A DNA stretch of 64,000 bases from positions 247,628,001 through 247,692,000 of the forward strand of contig NC_088791.1 in NCBI RefSeq assembly GCF_011386835.1, given 5' to 3'. Source of the stretch: Chrysemys picta bellii. Its lineage: Eukaryota. The position numbers were made by a program, and so were the translations under genes. Of this stretch, positions 62,801 through 64,000 are shown one piece after another. The notes beneath the pieces are model-generated. The model ran no database searches, was not told the DNA's origin, and worked only from the letters and a program-made list of their open reading frames with translations. The first letter of the stretch is position 1; the number at the start of each line of letters is the position of its first letter.

Positions 62801-64000
62801 GACATACTATCCCTCTCAGTGTGGGTGGAGTGGAAATTGTAACAGGAGGAATAGGGGTTATAATTACCCTACTTATTATATTTCTAATCAGACCATTGAA
62901 ATATATGCTTTTCAAGAGCCTGATGTTTCAGTCCTTGTTCTGGCAAACAATTGATATCAACCTGAGTTTTGCCTGAGTAAGAACTGTGGAATTGGGAATA
63001 ACATAAATAAAATAGCCTATAGATTTAACACTATATCGAACAAGAAAAGATGCATTTATGGGTTTGTGTTGGTTGTGGATAAGCAAGATAATTGGTTGCA
63101 ACCAGTTTAATGAACTAGTGTGATTAAAACTTATTTTAGTAATTTTTGCACATTTGCATATTCTTGCTTTTTTCTGTATTGAATGAAAAAATGAATAAAT
63201 CATTGATTTCATAACCAAATTTTATTTATGAACATTTTTTTTGTTCACATTTTGTCTGGCAAACAAAGTGTAAAGAAACAGAAGTCTCTGCTGACGTATT
63301 TGTAAGGAAATAGAGTACAAAATATATCTTCAGACAAATATCAGTGTGAGTGTATAAACAGTTTGTGAGAGGAGGTTTCCACAAAATCTCAAGTTGTCAT
63401 GTGATATTAACAGGAATACAGTGTGCTCTTGGCAGCATTACTCTGAGCAATGTTATGACCATGGATGGTAAAGCAGTGAATAAACTGAAGTTAGTTATGT
63501 TCATGTAGCACTGCATCTGAAAACTATATGTATGACAAAACTTGATAGAATTAAGTGCTACTACTTCTACAGATACTAAGTAAGCCACATAAGAGCTAGG
63601 TGGTATCATCATATGCAGATTTTAGAAAAGAAATCTCTCATCACTCTTGCAGTTGTTATAAGGCAATTTATACGTTATAACACTTCTGGAAATACAGGGC
63701 TGAAACTGCAGGGCAGCTTTGGAGCACTAGAGAGGAAAAGCAGGTGGGCAAAAGTGGCTTTCACCACTTGGTTATTTCACAATTCTGGGGAGAACTTGGA
63801 GCCCATTTGACCCAGCATAAAATAGACTACCCTCAGAGCAGCTCTAAATTGCACTGTCTTGCAATGCCCCCCAGGGATTTTTATGCTGGTGGGGATTCCT
63901 GGAGTGTGCTCCGCTCTGGCCAAGCCCTCTGCTGCCCTGTCAGTTTAAAAATATATGACAACTATATTTTTTGATAATCAAAGTGAAGAAAATAACAGCC

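Noticed and set aside
1-64000. CRISPR arrays, rRNA genes, functional tRNA genes, prokaryotic systems
   Set aside because: None seen; the sequence is a vertebrate intron-rich locus, and the tRNA-like segments are SINE heads or a disrupted retrocopy.

Overview
Vertebrate genomic DNA, very probably turtle (inferred from the tortoise-type tRNA-derived SINE with a CR1 tail, turtle-type CR1 3' ends and turtle-type Harbinger/hAT MITEs). The only host gene is a type IV collagen alpha-2 gene (COL4A2) on the minus strand. I traced 21 consecutive GT-AG exons that join in one Gly-X-Y frame. They match human exons 5-25 (numbering by homology, from memory); exon 25 runs off the left edge. Everything from 36324 to 64000 appears to be the large intron upstream of exon 5. 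The introns hold TE remnants: solo LTRs with 5-bp TSDs, a nested internally deleted Gypsy element, L2 and CR1 fragments, three tRNA-derived SINEs, many hAT/Harbinger/mariner MITEs, a decayed Tip100-like hAT transposase, a decayed two-gene Harbinger and Penelope termini. Best leads: (1) a chimeric insert made of a pre-tRNA-Val copy (3' trailer ending in TTTT, no CCA) fused to a full SINE, splitting the hAT transposase; (2) a perfect 84-bp Penelope inverted repeat carrying an intact minimal hammerhead motif in COL4A2-sense orientation; (3) a ~153-bp direct repeat pair bracketing exon 8. No database search or alignment was run; family calls come from recognising motifs by eye.
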